Positions 22,544 through 27,402 of a stretch of DNA of 27,402 bases are shown piece after piece. Origin of the DNA: Octopus sinensis (taxonomy: Eukaryota); assembly GCF_006345805.1 (NCBI RefSeq), contig NW_021824671.1, forward strand, positions 1 through 27,402, written 5' to 3'. Positions within the stretch are counted from its first letter, which is position 1, and each line of letters starts with the position of its first letter. The notes under the pieces are model-generated. The model saw nothing but the letters and a program-made list of their open reading frames with translations. It searched no databases and was not told where the DNA came from. Made by a program: the position numbers and the translations under genes.

Positions 22544-22617
22544 GCGTAATATTAAGGATACAAAGGAACCAGATACGTAAAGTATTTACTTGTAAACAAC
22601 ATATTTGGTCGAATATA

Positions 22618-22650
<33 letters not shown>

Positions 22651-23039
22651 ATAGCAAAATGAGAACACCAGTTTAACACCAGTGGTTTAGCGCATAAAAA
22701 AGCTGAGATTCAGTAAATATTATTAATGCACATATGAGAGAGAATCCACTAAAGTGGACGCCCTTACGCTAACCGCTAAAAATTGTTCTCAAGAAAAACT
22801 TAGCACACTGATTTTGAAGATCGTAGTGATGGTGATGATGATGACGATGAAGAGAAGGATGATGATGATGATGATGATGATGATGTGATGATGATGATGA
22901 TGATGTTGATCATGACGACGATCCTTAACGTTTGTTGTCCTCTTTGACAATTATATATCCGCTATATCGGAAATTTGCAATGGTTCCATAACTATCGTCT
23001 CGGCTACAATCTTGGAGCCCGAATAATCCGTTACAGCAC

Positions 23040-23300
23040 TTACCTAGCGTACCTAATCGTTTAGATCACCTATGAACTAACCCTGACCGCGTGTGTACTG
23101 TTGGCGATTTTTTTCCCTCCGTCTTCCCTTCTCTAGATCTTTCCTTTTCCTATGTTTCCGACGAAGAGCTCCGCTCGAAACGGTAAACCCTCCTTCTTCC
23201 CTTCCTTCCTGAGCGTCCAATAATACTATATTTGTTCCACGTCTTCGCGTTGTTGTGTTTTCTCTTTGTGTTTTCATGTTTGGATTAACTTTATATATAT
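23040..23300 (+). mobile_element. Probable Penelope-like element terminal remnant containing a hammerhead-like motif at 23154-23188
   Basis: gttt-CCGACGA-a-gagc(tcc)gctc-GAAA-cg-gt-aaac. Stem I gttt/aaac and stem II are intact; U4 reads C and U16.1 reads G. Followed by a pyrimidine-rich tract and (TA)n. Boundaries are approximate. Confidence 0.55.
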
Positions 23301-23879
23301 ATATATTTATGTATGTATGTATGTATGTATGTATGTATGTATGTATGTATGTATGTATGTATGTATGTATGTATGTATGATGTATGTATATCGAAAGAAA
23401 GAGTACTGTAAAATTGTCGTGGGCGTGGTTAATCCAAAAGTTCAGCTGGAATCCTTCTTCAGAAAAATGCTGATGAGAGAAAAATTAGCACAGTTTTACA
23501 GCCTCTAAATTAGAAAGAAAGAAAACAAATGAACAAATTGGCTGCGACTGATAGGGAACGTAGATCGCAGGAGTTTCAAAAGTGAACAAGAAGTTCTAGG
23601 GGTGAGAAACAGGATAAGAAAGTTAGATGGAAAGAGGATTGGTAGAAAGAGGAGAAGCAGGTGAAGTGAGGAGTAAGGTGAAGGGAAAGGATGGGGTGAA
23701 AGGAAAGTTGAGGGACAAGAAGGGGTTTGATAAATTAAAGGGCAGTTTGGGAGCAGAAGGAAAGCGTTTGTTGATACCTGTTTGTGAGGTGGTAGCAAGT
23801 TTGAATATAAAACGATGTGCGTTGATGCCGAACAATTATGGGTGTGTAATGGGGGTTGGTGTTGGGTTGTCGTTGTTGT

Positions 23880-24048
23880 TGATAATAGTGATGATGATGA
23901 TGATGATGATGATGATGACGACGACGACGACGACGAAGATGAGGATAATGATTTTGAAGATCGTAGTGATGGTGATGATGATGACCATGAGGAGAAGGAC
24001 GATGGTGATGATGATGATAGTGGTGGTGGTGGAAGGGTTGGTGATAAC

Positions 24049-24111
<63 letters not shown>

Positions 24112-24395
24112 AATTACGTTGATCATGACGACGATGATGATGATAATGTTAATGATGATGACGATGATTATGTTGACGATGGTGTTGATAATGATGATGA
24201 TGATGATGATGATGATGACGACGACGACGATGGTGATGGCGATGGCGATGATGACGATAATGTTAATGCCGATGATGATGCTGATGACGATGATGATGAC
24301 AGCGGTGGTGGTTGATGATGATGATTATAATGGTGTTGCAGATGGTGGTGGTAGTGGTTATGATAATGATGATGATGATGATGATGATAATGATG
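23880..24395. repeat. (GAT)n/(GAC)n low-complexity tract
   Basis: Direct reading; source of the poly-D/poly-M ORFs. Confidence 0.95.
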
Positions 24396-24494
24396 AGACA
24401 AAATACACGATTAGCCTCGGTGGTGTTTTCTCTGATTCGCTCTGATTCAGGAAACGAAATAAGAGGAGACTTTGAAAAATAAGTTGGAAGTTAG

Positions 24495-24810
24495 CGAGAG
24501 GGTGGAAGGAGAGAGAGGGAGAGGGAGAAAGAGAGAGAGGGAGAGAGAGAGAGAGAGGGTGGAAGGAGAGAGGGGGGAGAGGGTTAAAGAGAGAGAGGGA
24601 GAGAGAGAGGGTGGAAGGAGAGAGAGGGAGAGGGAAAAGAGAGAGAGAGGGTGGAGGGTGGAAGGAGAGAGAGAGAGGGTGGAAGGAGAGAGAGGAGAGG
24701 GAGAAGAGAGAGAGAGAGAGAGGGTGGAAGGAGAAGGAGGAGGGAGAGAGAGGGGATGAAGGGAGAGAGAGAGAGAGAGAGGGTGGGAAGTGAGGAGAGA
24801 GAGGGAGAGG

Positions 24811-24841
<31 letters not shown>
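24495..24841. repeat. Purine-rich degenerate (GA)n tract with gagagggtggaaggaga units
   Basis: Direct reading; abuts the Tx1 3' end. Confidence 0.93.
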
Positions 24842-24846
<5 letters not shown>

Positions 24847-27402
24847 CTTTATTCACCATAAGGTTGAGAAAAAGAGGGGACAAAACAAACGTTTGGGTCA
24901 GGGTATCGAATGAGACGAAACATGAAAAAACAAACAATTAATATATATACAATTAAATGAGAATGAGTGATTAACAAAAAATGAAGCGGAGGACGCGGTC
25001 GACCCCACAAACCACATACTCACACTGAAGACTTTGCTTTATCCTTTTTTACATTCTCGATTATTAAATAGTTCTTTCACTCGCAACATACTTGCTATAG
25101 ACTTCCATCTTTTACGAAACACACTTTGCGACAGGCATTTCTTCTCCAGCCTTATTTTCCGTTTCATGTGGAAAACGAAAAAGTCGATTAGCTCGAGACT
25201 GGAGATAAACATGCCTGTTGCAATTCCTTTTACTCTCGTCTTCCACACTACTTCTTTCGCCATAGCAACTACCGAAAGAAAACAGGCTCGCTCCTCCCTA
25301 TTCAGGAAGGTCGGCGGAACTATCTTAATTACAGATTCGCTCGACAGTTGTACTCTTCTCGAATGCGACAGCAGGTGTTCGACATAAGTCCAGAGTTCAG
25401 TCACCTTGGGGCATTGCACAATCGCGTGCAGGACATTTCACTGTCCCTCTTACATCTTGCACAAACCGGCGAAGGTGCACACCATGTCTAAAGAGCTTAT
25501 CTCGAACCGGTAAAGCTCCTCTGTAACATTGCCAGGCCAGGGACTTTTGGTAATTATCCATAGGCCCCGGACCGAATGTTCTTTGGAACAGGCTGGCCAG
25601 TTGATTTTCGTCGAAGCCCAGAGTTTCTCCTAGGACGTCGTCACACTTAAACTCTACTAACCCTCTATAGAAGAACGCGGTAGTAGCCCCGCCACCGGCG
25701 TTGCCCGACTGGGAGAGAAGCACGAGTGCCTGATAGCACTCTGCATGCCACATGCCCAACTCGGTCTACACTTGATCCATGGGTTCAGTTCGTTAAACGA
25801 TGTGAACTGTGGAAATAACAGCTTGACAAACGGAGACCACACCTGATCACCGTCCAGGTAAATCCAGAGGTGCCTAAGCCTGAGCGCATGTCTGCGCATT
25901 TTTAGCCACGGCATCCCTAACCCACCGTTCAGCGCTTTTGGCAGCAAATAGAGCGCCTTACAAGAGGTCTGCTGCCCCTCCACAAAAGCGAAAGAGCATG
26001 CGTTCCAGTTTGTTCAGCCACGAATCGGGGCAAGGCACTACGGTTAGGCGGTAAGTGATTACAGAGGCGATAAACACTTCTGCAACCTCCGCCTTCCCTT
26101 TCAAGGACAGATTCCGTTCAGACCATGTCTGAGTTAGGAGAGAGCCACCTTTCTCGCCACCTCGCTCCAATTCTTCTCTATCTGGAGATCTGGACCTAAC
26201 CAGATCCCAAGCATTTTCACCGGTCCTTCCGTCCAACGTCCTACGACGCTGTCGGAAGACATCGACTTGCCCCTACAGGTGCCGAGTTGCAAGCCGACCG
26301 ATTTATCCCGGTTGACTTTCGCTCCTGCCACCGCTTCGTAGTCCCTTAAGGCCTCACCCACCCACTGTAGGTGCTCGACTCGGGAAACGATGACGGTGAT
26401 GTCGTCCGCATACGCCGAAGCTGACTTTCCGCACCCTAGATCTTGCGGGGTGCCTCTCATAGTTCCAACCTCCTCAGCAACGGCTCGAGGGCCAAAACGT
26501 AGAGAAGCGGGGAGAGAGAGGACACCCTTGACGTACCGAACGTTCAATGCTGAACGGCTCCGAAAGGAATCCATTTACCCGAACTACCGATTCGATGTTG
26601 CTGTATAAAGCGATGATCCATCCGCGGAAGGTCGGGCCGAAGCCAGCCGCCGCGAGGACCGCCGCCAGATACTGATGGTCCACCCTATCAAACGCTTTCG
26701 ATTGGTCCAAGTGGACCATAGCCCCACCCTTGCCAGGAATCCTATTTACCCTTTCTAAGGCATAGCGTAGAAAGTGGAGATTGTCGTGGATGCTCCTTCC
26801 AGGGATGGCGCAAGTTTGCGCCTCGCCAACAAGTTCACCCACGACCCTCGCCAACCTTTTTGCTAAGACCTTGGCCAAGATCTTCAACTCTGCGTTAAGC
26901 AGAGTGATAGGCCGGAAATTATCAATTAAATCCCCCTTGTTTGGGTCCTTTCTTAACAACGCTACCACCCCTCGGCTCACAGACTTAGGAATTCTCCCGT
27001 TCTGCTGCCAGTTGGTGTACACGCATGCAAGTAGGTGCCCAAACAAGTCTGGCATGCTACTATAGAGTTCGTAAGGCAGACCATCGAGTCCCGGCGATTT
27101 GTCCCCGCCGCATTCTGCCAACATATCCTCGACTTCTTTGGCTGTGATCGGCGCCTCACAAGATTCCGCGTCCGGCCCCGATAGACGCGGCGAACCGGCT
27201 AGGAAGTCTGCGAGCTTCTCCCCGCGCTCCAGCTCGCCGCTCCTCCCGAATAGCTGGGCGAAATGATCATGAAACACCTTGCACATCTCCTCGGGTTCGT
27301 TTACTAATCGACTATTGGGCCCGTCAAGGATCGAATGGTTGAGTTGTTGCCACGCTGGCCCTCTACCACCCGGGCCCATCCGGCTGCGTTGATCCCTTCC
27401 TG
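24842..27402 (-). mobile_element. Tx1/L1-group non-LTR retrotransposon, 3' part (ORF2 and ~200-nt 3'UTR); continues beyond the window
   Basis: Continuous ORF2 homology and a 3'UTR ending aataaagaaata, followed on the element strand by (CT)n. Confidence 0.92.
25039..27402 (-). pseudogene. Tx1-type ORF2: reverse transcriptase and C-terminal zf-RVT CCHC finger, broken by small indels
   Basis: KSPGLDGLPYELY; NFRPITLLNAELKILAKVLAKRL; LDQSKAFDRVDHQYL; SVRQGCPLSP; SAYADDITV; GAKVNRDKS; NLSLKGKAEV; GGLGMP; ALPVRDKL; reconstructed CARC...HAIVQC; stop at 25039. Confidence 0.93.

Noticed and set aside
23815-24315. Acidic poly-Asp protein exon (biomineralisation-like)
   Set aside because: It is a (GAT)n tract partly duplicated at 22809-22922 where no ORF is kept, and it has no credible start or splice context.

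Overview
Eukaryotic, repeat-saturated genomic DNA with no host protein-coding exon that I can support. The SINE repertoire points to an octopus/cephalopod genome (inference from recognising the families, not from a search). The window holds three decayed or frameshifted non-LTR retrotransposon types: a CR1-group element at 8248-10386 (+), RTE-clade fragments at 12293-13550 and 2110-2273 (-), and a young-looking Tx1/L1-group ORF2 plus 3'UTR at 24842-27402 (-). It also holds three tRNA-headed SINE families (labelled A, B, C here), a hAT MITE, a pair of diverged inverted repeats, three hammerhead-ribozyme-like motifs of the Penelope-like-element type, and many microsatellites that generate nearly all the low-complexity ORFs in the track. 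Main findings: (1) SINE A ends in the same ~44-nt 3' terminus as the Tx1 element, including a small hairpin with a compensatory base-pair change. (2) SINE B ends in the 3' terminus of the CR1-group LINE, again with a compensatory hairpin change, so two SINE-LINE partner pairs can be read from one window. (3) SINE A insertions share a GGWWT target start that also occurs inside the SINE, which may explain its head-to-tail array and fold-back cluster. (4) A hammerhead with a fully conserved catalytic core lies at 20441-20542 (-).
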